49,765 nucleotides of DNA, taken from assembly GCA_031255175.1 (NCBI GenBank), contig JAIRTA010000012.1, positions 1-49,765 of the forward strand. The letters run 5' to 3'. Of the stretch, positions 37,015 through 46,154 are shown in pieces (the stretch's first letter is position 1; each line of letters opens with the position of its first letter). Both the position numbers and the translations under genes were made by a program. Below the pieces are notes generated by a model that worked only from the letters and a program-made list of their open reading frames with translations, did not search any database and was not told where the DNA came from. The stretch comes from Oscillospiraceae bacterium. GTDB lineage: Bacteria; Bacillota; Clostridia; Oscillospirales; UBA929.

Positions 37015-37189
37015 ATGAAGGTCGAAGAGCATTGCGGCGGCGGCGCTCACGCTGATCATGTCATGTACATTTCGGGCGATCATCACGCCACCGCCGGCAC
37101 TCGCCGCGCCCGCCGCCCGAAACGGCCTGCGCGCGGATTGCTATGCCGGAAACAACAACGTTGCCACGACCATTGATTTTGACGATTAG
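37015..37189 (+). pseudogene. Frameshifted, truncated N-terminal stub of a secreted (PA14-like?) protein
   Basis: GAGAGGGGG is followed 7 nt later by ATG 37015 and AAG. One extra base (G 37021) then shifts the frame. The shifted frame reads SKSIAAAALTLIMSCTFRAIITPPPALAAPAARNGLRADCYAGNNNVATTIDFDD and ends at TAG 37187-37189. This is a signal peptide plus a PA14-like beginning. Unlike the next gene, it is high in G+C. Confidence 0.5.
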
Positions 37190-37236
37190 AAGCGTTTGAA
37201 TGCAGAACCAAGGTACTATAAAGAGGAGAGTTTTGT

Positions 37237-40200
37237 ATGACACTAAAGAGGATTATCAGTTGTTGTTTGGTCATGATTTTGTCAATCTCATTGACTGCGC
37301 AACTTTCCGCAGACGGCGCTGAATTGGGCTCGCCTGAGTATTCCGGCTTTGGGCCAACGGCTGACGCCCAGCGGTATTGGAATCTGGTCGGTGCTGCGGA
37401 CAAAATGAGGTTTGTCTCGACGGGCACGAATTCAAGCAAAATATCATTTGACGACTCGGACAACGTAAAAGCAGTCCTAAATTCGCTCCCGGACGGCCAA
37501 AACCCGTACGAGTGGAAAGACTACGTTGTGGAAGCGGCGATCACCCTTAACGGCAACGCCGCGAGCAACGCCGGCGTAATGTTCAGAACGACCGATGCCG
37601 TTAACGGGAGTTCTGATTCATACAAGGGCTATTACATTGGGTTTGGCCCCAGTTACTATATACTCGGCAGAGCAAACAACAACTGGACAGAGATAAACAG
37701 AAGCAGCAACAGGAGTATAGCCGTTGGCGTATCTCATACAATCAAAATTATCGTCTATGGCAGCAAGATCGCGATTTACGGCGATGGCGAAGAGATCTTC
37801 AATTTCGTCGACACTACATATACGGCCGGTTCTGTCGGGTTCCGCGCTTGGGGCAGAGAATTCGTCGCGGACAGCATGACAGTGCGCCCGGTAACGGCCG
37901 CGGATCTTGACACAGCATTCGGAGGGGCGGATGTGCCGAACAGAGCCGTGGAACATGTTTTTCAGATGGGAAACACCAATCCTTTTGTGCCGGGATACGC
38001 CGCGGACGGTTCGATCTTTTTTGACGAACATTCGCAGTATTACTACGTCTTCGCGACAAATGACGGGAACGGAGGAAAAAACACCTGGCCGACTCAACTC
38101 TGGTATTCGAAAGACTTAATCAGTTGGGAACACCGGGATGTGGAATTGCCGGAAGAGTGGTTCATGAAATCCAACGATTACGACGAACAGCCGCACGATA
38201 TGGTTTGGGCGCCGAGCGTAATATACAATCCCAAAAACCAAAAATATTATATTACGTACACCATCGGCAGTCAACGAATCGGTATGTCGGATTCTTTATT
38301 TGGCCCGTGGGTTGACGCGAATAAAGTTGAACCGAACAAGCCGTTTATTAATACGCACGACGGGCAGTTTTTCCTGGATGACGACGGTTCTATCTATATG
38401 ACCGTCGGCGCCTGGACATTTTGCATCATAAAGCTGGATTTCGATGCAGAGGGCAAAGTCTCCGCCGGGGCACAGGACGACCCTCGTATGAACCGGACGT
38501 CCGGCCGAGCAACCAACCCGTTCAAATATTACACGGCGGAGGGCATAAGAAACTCCTTTGAGGCTTCGGAAATATTCAAACGCAACGGTTTGTATTACCT
38601 GGTCTGGTCGACGGACGGCGGCGCGGCTTATAACCTCAGATATGCGGTCGCAGATGACGTTTTCGGCCCATATCGTGAGATAAACGGTTCGTTTGATAAT
38701 CCGATTCTGTCCACCGACAACGAGAAAAATATACTGGGGCCCGGGCATCACGCCACATTTGTCAAGGGCGATGATTACTATATAATTTATCATCGACAAA
38801 GCTATCCTTTTGTCGACAGCAAACGTCAGACATGTATTGAGAAGCTCAATTTTAACGCGGATGGAAGTATTCAAAAAATAATTCCATCCCACTCCGGTGT
38901 CGCGTTGTTCGAGAATCCCGAAAAGCGCACCAATATAGCCCTCGGGAAGCAGACTAGAGTTTCGTCCGCCAGGGCATACGCGCCAACTTCTCAATCCAAT
39001 GTCAGCTTCAGATACAGCGGCAATTTTGCGGTCGACGAAAATGGGGGCACCCGCTGGGACGCGGGTATCGGCGCCAAAAATCCGTGGTTGATTGTGGATC
39101 TGGGCAGTGATTCCGATATATCGGCCATACAGACAACATTCGAGTTTACCAATAAGAAATACTTTTACAAACTCGAAACGCTCGCGCAAGAGTACGCGAA
39201 GGATATCGATTCTGCGGCGAAAAACGAAAATTGGCGGGTTTATGTTGATAAAACCGCCGAAGGTGCACAATATTCGCCTGTAGAGGACAAGGCCGCCGGC
39301 GGTACCGACATAACGGCGAGGTATGTGCGCATTACAATCTACAAAACCGAGGGCATCCCCGAAACGGCGGAAGCCGGAAATAAAGTGAATGGCGACAATG
39401 CCATAAGCATTTTTGAGATAAAAGTTTTCGGGGAACAGACCGCCAGCGATTTGAACCGTGTCATCGAGGCCGAAAGTTTCAATCTGCAATCCGGCTTGAC
39501 GGTTGAGGCAAGCGCGCTCACCGGGATGAATATCTGCGGCACAAACAACAATGATTTTATCATGTACAAAAACATTGATCTCGGAACGGGAGCGGATGTT
39601 ATCCAGGCGCGCGTCGCGGTTGGATCCGCAGGCGGGCGTGTAGACGTAAGGATGGATGCCGCAACCGGACCTCTGATCGGCACGGTTGACGTAACAGACA
39701 CCGGTGGCTGGCAGATGTGGCATACCTTGACGGCAAAACTTTCAGACGCGGCTGTCGGGAAGCATGATATTTATTTGGTTTTCAAGGCTGACAACGACAG
39801 AGAAGGCGTCGCAAATATCGACTGGATTAAATTCGGGGATGCGAGCGTTAACAAGTCCAGTCTGGGGCAGATGTTTTCACTGACCGAAAGCGAATTGCTG
39901 AAAGATTACACGCCGAGTACGCTTAGGCAATTGCAGACTGTGTATGACAACGCGCTGGCTGTATATGAGGACGCCGACTCGACACAGCGGCAGGTTGACG
40001 ATGCCGTGATCGCGTTAATCAGGGCTATCGAATCGCTGGTTTATGCCGGTGGCGTTCAGGCCGAGTACTACACCATACAGCGAAGACCGGGCCTCGATCG
40101 CGGAGCTGCCTATCCTCACGGCCTGGACACGACGATGAAAAAGGATGTCTTGGTTGACGACAATATAAATTTCAACAATATGGAAGGCCTGCTTTCGCAA

Positions 40201-41010
40201 CACGCCGGACAAAACGACTACGCAGGCGTCAGATGGACCGGAAGAATTAAAGCGCCTGTAACGGGGACATATGTATTTACTACCTATACCGACAACGGCG
40301 TTCAATTCGACTTTGACGGTGAGACAAATCTGATCAATTGGTGGGTCAACGATTGGGAACAGTATAAGTCAACAAAAGCGGTGACGCTGCAAGAAGGCGA
40401 AATATATGATTTTGAGATGCGTTATATGGAAATTGAAGGCGGGTCATGCGCGTTACTGTACTGGACGATTGACGATGGAGCACGCCAGATCGTCCCGAGA
40501 ACATCCTTGCTTTTGCCTTTGCTTGACTATGGGAAGCTCGATTCTCTGACCGCTCAGGCCAAAGCGCTGAGAGAAAACCAATTTACTCCGGCATCCTGGA
40601 AAAACATGCAGGATTCGCTGCAGGAGGCCTTGGATGTACGCGGCGGAGATAAAATCCTTCAGTACCAGGTGGATGCCGCGGCGACGGATTTGGACCAAAA
40701 AATCAAGGCTCTCCTGCCGGTGTCTGTACCGGACTGGGAAGCGTCGTTTGTGGCAGCCGAATCGGACGGAAAGATCGATGTTTCGGCTTATGTGTCGAAT
40801 AACACAACCACATTGAGCACGGTCGACGTAGTCATCGCCGAGTACGACAAGCTTACGGGCAGGTTGCTTGCGGTCGACTCCAAACAGGTTGTGCTCAATG
40901 ACTCAGACGCGGAAATCAGCCTGACACTGGCCGTTAAGGGAGATTATGTGCTCAAATTGTTCGTATGGGACAGCGCCACATATGCCCCGAAGATCGAACC
41001 TGTTTCGTAA
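37237..41010 (+). CDS. Multimodular GH43 glycosidase (LamG/DUF1080-like - GH43 - F5/8-type-C - CBM6-like - FIVAR - PA14 - FIVAR - beta-sandwich)
   Basis: AGAGGAGAG lies 6 nt before the ATG, followed by signal peptide MTLKRIISCCLVMILSISLTAQLSA. GH43 motifs are ..DMVWAPSVIY.., ..THDGQFFLDDDGSIYM.. and ..EASEIFKRNGLYYLVWS... The F5/8-C module shows ..FAVDENGGTRWDAG..PWLIVDLG... The CBM6-like module shows ..VIEAESFNLQSG..IDWIKFG. The PA14 module shows ..VQAEYYT..YAGVRWTGRIKAPVTGTYVFTTYTDNGV... Confidence 0.9.
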   Translation: MTLKRIISCCLVMILSISLTAQLSADGAELGSPEYSGFGPTADAQRYWNLVGAADKMRFVSTGTNSSKISFDDSDNVKAVLNSLPDGQNPYEWKDYVVEAAITLNGNAASNAGVMFRTTDAVNGSSDSYKGYYIGFGPSYYILGRANNNWTEINRSSNRSIAVGVSHTIKIIVYGSKIAIYGDGEEIFNFVDTTYTAGSVGFRAWGREFVADSMTVRPVTAADLDTAFGGADVPNRAVEHVFQMGNTNPFVPGYAADGSIFFDEHSQYYYVFATNDGNGGKNTWPTQLWYSKDLISWEHRDVELPEEWFMKSNDYDEQPHDMVWAPSVIYNPKNQKYYITYTIGSQRIGMSDSLFGPWVDANKVEPNKPFINTHDGQFFLDDDGSIYMTVGAWTFCIIKLDFDAEGKVSAGAQDDPRMNRTSGRATNPFKYYTAEGIRNSFEASEIFKRNGLYYLVWSTDGGAAYNLRYAVADDVFGPYREINGSFDNPILSTDNEKNILGPGHHATFVKGDDYYIIYHRQSYPFVDSKRQTCIEKLNFNADGSIQKIIPSHSGVALFENPEKRTNIALGKQTRVSSARAYAPTSQSNVSFRYSGNFAVDENGGTRWDAGIGAKNPWLIVDLGSDSDISAIQTTFEFTNKKYFYKLETLAQEYAKDIDSAAKNENWRVYVDKTAEGAQYSPVEDKAAGGTDITARYVRITIYKTEGIPETAEAGNKVNGDNAISIFEIKVFGEQTASDLNRVIEAESFNLQSGLTVEASALTGMNICGTNNNDFIMYKNIDLGTGADVIQARVAVGSAGGRVDVRMDAATGPLIGTVDVTDTGGWQMWHTLTAKLSDAAVGKHDIYLVFKADNDREGVANIDWIKFGDASVNKSSLGQMFSLTESELLKDYTPSTLRQLQTVYDNALAVYEDADSTQRQVDDAVIALIRAIESLVYAGGVQAEYYTIQRRPGLDRGAAYPHGLDTTMKKDVLVDDNINFNNMEGLLSQHAGQNDYAGVRWTGRIKAPVTGTYVFTTYTDNGVQFDFDGETNLINWWVNDWEQYKSTKAVTLQEGEIYDFEMRYMEIEGGSCALLYWTIDDGARQIVPRTSLLLPLLDYGKLDSLTAQAKALRENQFTPASWKNMQDSLQEALDVRGGDKILQYQVDAAATDLDQKIKALLPVSVPDWEASFVAAESDGKIDVSAYVSNNTTTLSTVDVVIAEYDKLTGRLLAVDSKQVVLNDSDAEISLTLAVKGDYVLKLFVWDSATYAPKIEPVS

Positions 41011-41055
41011 CCGGCAACCTGAATTTCCGCTGTATCAATCAAAATGTAAGACAAT

Positions 41056-41090
41056 GGAAACGTCCGTGCCCAAAAGGCACGGACGTTTCC
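41056..41090 (+). terminator. 15-bp perfect hairpin downstream of the GH43 gene
   Basis: ggaaacgtccgtgcc (41056-41070), loop caaaa, ggcacggacgtttcc (41076-41090). It lies 46 nt after the GH43 stop. No clear T-tract follows on the plus strand. Confidence 0.5.
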
Positions 41091-41252
41091 ACGGAAAGAG
41101 CGACGCGAGCACTCTCGGGTCGTTTGAGCAGGGCAGTAATTAATTCTTGGCGTCCGCCCTTCGCCGTAAACCTACAAAATTTGTCCGGCGTTTTCTTGCA
41201 AATTGAATTTGTAAAATATTGGATATTTATGTCTCCAACGAACGTGCTGCCG

Positions 41253-44200
41253 TCAGCTGACGGAGACCGTCACGATATGGGTGTCGCCGCCGAATTCCTC
41301 TGACACGCGTACCGCGATGAGCGCCGTGCCGGCCCTGTGACCGGTAACAACCCAAGTGCCGTCGACAATGGCCGCCGATGCGATGGCGGTGTTCGAGGAC
41401 GTCACGGTATAGGCAGTCGGCAGGGCGTCCACACGCAGGTTCAGCGGCGCTTTGCCTTTGATGCGCAGCGAGATGCGCGCCGACGAGTGCGCCCGCACTT
41501 CGGTGGCCGGGACCGGCGCAGCGGCGGCCGCATCGGCACCCAGCGCCACATAACAGTGCTGCCCGCCCAACCGGTCCGCCGTTACGGAAGACGGCAACGT
41601 AAAGCGCACGTTCCCGTCGCCGTCCGCCCGAACGCTGGCGCTATAATCGTGCGCGATCGATGTGGCCTCCGTGCCGTAGGCGGCAAACAGGGGAATGGTC
41701 TGGTAGGGCACATAGCCCGCTCCTTCCACAGTCACAGACTTTTGTGTCCTGTCGACCGTGAGCTCCGTGAGCGCGCCGTCCCAGGCGTCGTCCGCAAGAC
41801 CCAAGATGGCGGCCGCCAACGCGTCGTATGCGTCACCGGCGTATGTATGCCGCCCGCTCTGCGCCGTCACGGTCTCTTCGGTCTCGGCGGCGGCCAGCGC
41901 GTCCGCAAAGACGGACCAGGCTTCGGGCGCAGCGTCCGCCTCGTCAAACGTCCGCGCATACCCGAGGACTGCCTGCGGGAGATAGAAGGTAAAGCGACCC
42001 GACGTCAGCTCAAACTGCGCGACCGTCCGCCCTAAACGCTCGACCTGCCCCACATAGGTAACGCCGGGTACCGGCGCAAACGCCGCGGCATCGACGGGCA
42101 GGTAGAGGGTGGCGGTGGTATTGGCCGGGATCGCGACGCTGTAGACGTACATGTGGTTGCCGCTGGCCCTCCAACCGCTCTCTAAGCGTCCGTAAGTGGA
42201 GTCGTGATATGTGGTGGCATATTCCAGATCGCCGCCCACATGCGGTTCGATGATAACATGTTTATACCCCGGGTTCTGCTCGTCGATCTGCAAACCCATC
42301 CCGTAGGCATAGATCCAATAACCAATGGCTCCGTAAGCGTAATGATTGAAAGAATTCATATCCACCGGACCCATCGTGTCGGTCTCGGCGGTGTAGGAAT
42401 TCCAGCGCTCCCAGAATGTGGTGCCGCCTTGCAACACGGTGTACATCCAGCCGGGCAAACGCTCATTGAAGAGAAGGCTGTAGGCCACATCGTCGTGCCC
42501 TGTCATCGAGAGGGCCGGATTGATCCAGGCGATGCCGTGGAAACCGACCGACAGGTCACCGCCGCGGCGTTCGATGGCCTTGACCAGGAAGTCGCCGGCC
42601 GCCGGCCGCTTATCTTCCGGCAGCAGTTCAAAGGCAATGGCCAGCGCGTAGGCGGTCTGGCTGGGCGGCGCTAAACGGCTGTTTTGCACTGCCCAGGCGT
42701 CGAGCGCGTGCTCGGGCTCCCCATAATGGGTGGAGGGAATCGGATTGCCAAAGTAGTCGGCGTTTTGACGGGTGCCGTTGGCGTTTAAGACTTGCCCTCC
42801 CCATTTCTCGTTATACATCGTGGTCGTATAGGCGCTGCCCGTCTCCCCCATGTAATGGATCGAGCCGTCTTCCAGCACGTACTTGTCATTGAATCCTTTC
42901 TTAAAGCGGTTGAAGTAGTCGGTGGCCAGAGCGACGTCCTCGGGGCGGTCCAGCAGCGCAGCTGTGCGCGCCATCAGATCGCAGATACGCGCGGCGTAGG
43001 CCGTTCCGGAGAGAATCCAGGGCGTCGTGGCGTCGTAGCCCAAATGATCGCCCCGGCGCTGCTGCTTGACGAGCCAGGCGTCGGACGCGGCCACAACGGC
43101 GGGGACCGTGCTTCCGGCCACATTGGTCACCGTGTCGCGCGAGGTGCTGATGCCCGCGGTACCGCGGTACTTCACTTGGTCAAGCATCAGATTGTAGGAG
43201 TCGACAAGGAACTGTATATCCCCGGTGGCTTGGTAGAGATTCCAAGGGATGAGCACACCGGCGTCGGACCAGCCGGAGCAGCCGAACTGACTGCCGCGGT
43301 TGTCGCCGCCCAGCGGCGCGGTATCCGGCACGGCCCCCCACTGGTTGTAGTAGACCTGGGAATCTCGCATGTCTTGAAGCCATTTTTGAAGGAAGGCCAC
43401 GACGTCCACATTATAGGCGGCTGTGGTGGAAAAGACCTGGGTGTCGGCCGTCCAGCCCATGCGCTCGTTGCGCTGAGGACAGTCGGTCGGCACCAGCAGA
43501 TAATTACCCCGTTGGCCCCACTGGATGTTGGACTGAAGCTGGTTGAGCAATCCGTTGGAGGAATTGAAATCTCCGGTGATATTCGGCGTATTGGTAAGCA
43601 CCAGGCCCTCGACGCCGAGAACCTCCGGCATCTCCTGCCCCAGAGGCACGCGGAGGATGATGTACCGGAACCCATTGAAGGTAAATAGCGGGCTGTACGT
43701 CTCTCCCTCTGGGTCTCCCCGCAGTGTGTAAGAGGTGGTGTTATAGGCCGAACGGTAGTTGGCGTTGTACGGGGTACCGTTTTGGTAGGCGATCTCAGCG
43801 CCGGTGATCTCCAACTCCGTGCCCCGGGCACCTCGAATGGTGACGCGCGGCACGCCCACCATGTTCTGCCCCAGGTCGTATGCGTAAGCTGTCAGACCGC
43901 CCGAGAAGCGCGAATCTTCTCCCGGAGTGTTGATCTTCGGGTTGTCCAAATTCAGCGCGGGCAAGACGCGTTCCACAACGGCCAGCGGCCCCTTCTGCGC
44001 CGAGAGTTGGAAGGTGGGGTTTAGACTCCAAAAATATCCACTTGCGGAGTTGTTATTGCGGAAACTGACACGAGCGGTGTAGTTCGGCGCATTTTTGATG
44101 CCGACGGGGCCCCACCCCAGGCCGTCGAACCCGGACTCAGCCCAGCCCTCCTGCTCCAGAGTGGCGTCGTAGATCTCCCCGTCCATGAAAGAACCGTTCA

Positions 44201-45725
44201 AGATCGGCGAATTGGGAGTGAACGACCATGTCTCGTCGGTCTTCACCACGACCTCGTTGGTTCCGTCAGTATAGACGACGCGGACAAAGGCCAGCATGTC
44301 GCCCGTCATGCCGGAACGCTGGGCACCGCTATAACCGTTGTAGTCGGCGTACCATCCGCGGCTGACGTAGGCGCCAATGGCGTTTTCACCCGCACGCAAA
44401 AGGTGCGTGACGTCGAATGTTTGATACATAATACGCATATCAAACTCGGTGAAATTGGGGTTAAAATAGGTGTCGGTGACACGTTGCCCGTTGAGGAAGG
44501 TTTCGTAGACACCTCGGGCCGAGGCATACAGCCGGGCGCTTTCAATCTCTTTGGCGGGGTTTACCGTGAATTCCCGGCGTAGTGTGGTGGTGGGTACCAC
44601 CCTCCGCAGCGCGTAAGCGTCGCGGATCGTCAACGCGCCGTTCGACACTTCGCCCAACGTGCCCGCCATAGAGTACGGGTCGGTAAAGTCGTCGGAAAGA
44701 TACGTCAACGTACTGTTGTTTGTGATGCGCAGCGTGTCGATGGTCACGGCACCGCCGAGGGTGTTGAATCCAAAATTCCCCATATACCAGCGGCGCGGTG
44801 AGTTGGACGGCGTGCTCGACATTGTGACATTGCCTGTGGCGGAGGCGCTGCCCTTCGAGATGACGACGCTGCTGCGCGTGGCGCTCGTCTGCGTGATCCG
44901 CAGTGCATAGGTATCCGCCTTACCCTCCGGCGTGTTGGGGATGACGCCCGTCAGGTTCACGGTGGCGCGAACCGTGGGCACACCCTCCACCCACTCGGTG
45001 ACTGTGAGGGTGGGAACATCGGAAAGATCGACCCGCGCTTCCATATATGTGACCTTGTTGCGGGCGGAGTAGATGACCGAAAAGGCCCGGTCACTCTCGT
45101 CCGATACACGGAAATTGCAGGAGATAAGATATGTCGCGACGGCGTTGGGGTTCCATGCGCCGGAGTTGGATACCGGGGTATTCGGATTGCCGATCCACCG
45201 GATGTCCTCCGGCCAGCCGGCCTGGGTAGTGGACAACAGCCCTGTCTCAAACGTGGCGATATCGGACAGGATGCTCGCTCCAAATGCGTCCGTCGCCTCG
45301 ACCCGCCAAAAGTACTTCGTGGAGGCCGCCAGCGGGGCGCCGGCGTAACGCACGCCCATCGATTGGTCGGAGGGCACCGCGCCGGTGTCCCAAATGATGT
45401 CTGTAAATGCTTCGTCCGCGGCTACCCACACGCGGTAGGCGGTCTGCCGCTGACCGATGACGTCGGAGACCATCCGCCAACTAAACGCGGGCGCCTCCGA
45501 GTCGATGCCCAGGGGTTCCGTCATATAGTCCGTCCGAAGTTCATCCAGCGCGGTGAATCCATCCTCCGTCACATGTCCGCCGCCAAAGAGGGCGCTTTCC
45601 CATGACGGAGGCGTAAAATCGTTTGCCGAGATGGCAAACGCCGCGGGGCCCGCCGCCAGCGGAAGGCCAAACAACAGCCCGACGGCTAAGAACAGGGAAA
45701 CGGCGCGAAGCTTCTTTCTCAACAT
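41253..45725 (-). CDS. GH78 alpha-L-rhamnosidase with an inserted beta-sandwich and a C-terminal Ig/Big_2 tail
   Basis: The track ORF is 41253-45788. ATG 45725 lies 6 nt after AGGAAG, followed by signal peptide MLRKKLRAVSLFLAVGLLFGLPLAAGPAAFA. It shows ..RTDYMTEPLGIDSEAPAFSWRM..TKYFWRVEATD..FETG.., ..ARGVYETFLNGQRV.., TDCPQRNERMGWTAD (43443-43487, verified) and ..GGTTFWERWNSY..NSFNHYAYGAIGYW... Confidence 0.92.
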   Translation of the reverse strand: MLRKKLRAVSLFLAVGLLFGLPLAAGPAAFAISANDFTPPSWESALFGGGHVTEDGFTALDELRTDYMTEPLGIDSEAPAFSWRMVSDVIGQRQTAYRVWVAADEAFTDIIWDTGAVPSDQSMGVRYAGAPLAASTKYFWRVEATDAFGASILSDIATFETGLLSTTQAGWPEDIRWIGNPNTPVSNSGAWNPNAVATYLISCNFRVSDESDRAFSVIYSARNKVTYMEARVDLSDVPTLTVTEWVEGVPTVRATVNLTGVIPNTPEGKADTYALRITQTSATRSSVVISKGSASATGNVTMSSTPSNSPRRWYMGNFGFNTLGGAVTIDTLRITNNSTLTYLSDDFTDPYSMAGTLGEVSNGALTIRDAYALRRVVPTTTLRREFTVNPAKEIESARLYASARGVYETFLNGQRVTDTYFNPNFTEFDMRIMYQTFDVTHLLRAGENAIGAYVSRGWYADYNGYSGAQRSGMTGDMLAFVRVVYTDGTNEVVVKTDETWSFTPNSPILNGSFMDGEIYDATLEQEGWAESGFDGLGWGPVGIKNAPNYTARVSFRNNNSASGYFWSLNPTFQLSAQKGPLAVVERVLPALNLDNPKINTPGEDSRFSGGLTAYAYDLGQNMVGVPRVTIRGARGTELEITGAEIAYQNGTPYNANYRSAYNTTSYTLRGDPEGETYSPLFTFNGFRYIILRVPLGQEMPEVLGVEGLVLTNTPNITGDFNSSNGLLNQLQSNIQWGQRGNYLLVPTDCPQRNERMGWTADTQVFSTTAAYNVDVVAFLQKWLQDMRDSQVYYNQWGAVPDTAPLGGDNRGSQFGCSGWSDAGVLIPWNLYQATGDIQFLVDSYNLMLDQVKYRGTAGISTSRDTVTNVAGSTVPAVVAASDAWLVKQQRRGDHLGYDATTPWILSGTAYAARICDLMARTAALLDRPEDVALATDYFNRFKKGFNDKYVLEDGSIHYMGETGSAYTTTMYNEKWGGQVLNANGTRQNADYFGNPIPSTHYGEPEHALDAWAVQNSRLAPPSQTAYALAIAFELLPEDKRPAAGDFLVKAIERRGGDLSVGFHGIAWINPALSMTGHDDVAYSLLFNERLPGWMYTVLQGGTTFWERWNSYTAETDTMGPVDMNSFNHYAYGAIGYWIYAYGMGLQIDEQNPGYKHVIIEPHVGGDLEYATTYHDSTYGRLESGWRASGNHMYVYSVAIPANTTATLYLPVDAAAFAPVPGVTYVGQVERLGRTVAQFELTSGRFTFYLPQAVLGYARTFDEADAAPEAWSVFADALAAAETEETVTAQSGRHTYAGDAYDALAAAILGLADDAWDGALTELTVDRTQKSVTVEGAGYVPYQTIPLFAAYGTEATSIAHDYSASVRADGDGNVRFTLPSSVTADRLGGQHCYVALGADAAAAAPVPATEVRAHSSARISLRIKGKAPLNLRVDALPTAYTVTSSNTAIASAAIVDGTWVVTGHRAGTALIAVRVSEEFGGDTHIVTVSVS

Positions 45726-45862
45726 GCATCTCTTCCTTTCTCTTCCTACAATATTTCCGGTCTCCTTCAAAGACGCGCCACGCGACACAACCGCGCCGCT
45801 CCGCCCGCCAAATCACGCCCCCTTCCGGCAGCGGGCAAACTGTTGACGCAACTTTACACATT

Positions 45863-45931
45863 TATTATAAGATGCTCCCTCGCAAAGTAAATGGAAAAAA
45901 AGAAACAGTTTGCATGGCAAATAGTAAACTC
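45863..45931 (-). promoter_or_regulatory. Second copy of the conserved 69-bp promoter/operator module, upstream of the 1,490-aa GH78 gene
   Basis: This is the same module as 36784-36852. It has TATAAT (45864-45869, minus strand) and the palindrome AAACAGTTT (45903-45911). An inverted copy of GCAAACTGTT lies at 45834-45844, on the other side of the -10/-35 elements. Confidence 0.55.
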
Positions 45932-45988
45932 GCAAAATTTGCAACCTGCCTTCCGGCTTCGGCGCCGTTTGGCCGCCCTAAAACAGCG

Positions 45989-46026
45989 GAGCGTCCCTTC
46001 TCCGATGTACGAGAGAAGGGACGCTC
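45989..46026. terminator. Bidirectional-type intrinsic terminator downstream of the GH3 gene and the tail remnant
   Basis: gagcgtcccttctc (45989-46002), a 10-nt loop, gagaagggacgctc (46013-46026). It is flanked by aaaacagcg on one side and acactgtttt on the other, giving a T-tract in both orientations. Confidence 0.6.
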
Positions 46027-46049
46027 ACACTGTTTTGCGTACGCGTCGC

Positions 46050-46130
46050 CGCCAGTTGACGGCGACCGTCACGATATGGGTGGCGCCGCAGAAACCGCCG
46101 CTGCGAACGCGGCGGCGGTTTCCGGGAGTG
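46050..46130 (-). pseudogene. Orphan remnant of the Ig/Big_2 tail found at the ends of both GH78 genes
   Basis: On the minus strand it reads ..SGGFCGATHIVTVAVN.., compared with ..SEEFGGDTHIVTVSVS* (41253 gene) and ..SDEFGGATHLVTVSVT* (27681 gene). The nucleotide core 46054-46089 closely matches 41256-41291. It lies after the GH3 stop codon (46155) and has no start of its own. Confidence 0.6.
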
Positions 46131-46154
46131 TTACACAACTGCGAAATCGGTTGT

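Noticed and set aside
36970-37176. A 68-aa ORF (MGLLIINFDREGELRMKVEEHCGGG..) listed in the track.
   Set aside because: Its second half is the +1-frame reading of a signal-peptide-encoding relic (see the pseudogene at 37015-37189). The peptide itself looks non-biological, being His/Arg-rich.
38296-39723. A 475-aa minus-strand ORF inside the lower-G+C GH43 gene. It is less easily explained by G+C alone.
   Set aside because: The sense strand has continuous GH43, F5/8-C and CBM6-like motifs over the same codons. The antisense product has no recognisable motif, signal or RBS. It would be worth a ribosome-profiling glance, but I do not call it.
36645-41252. A mobile-element explanation (IS, integrase, att-like direct repeats) for the low-G+C GH43 block.
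   Set aside because: No transposase, integrase or recombinase ORF exists in any frame. I could find no terminal inverted or direct repeats at the compositional junctions by eye.
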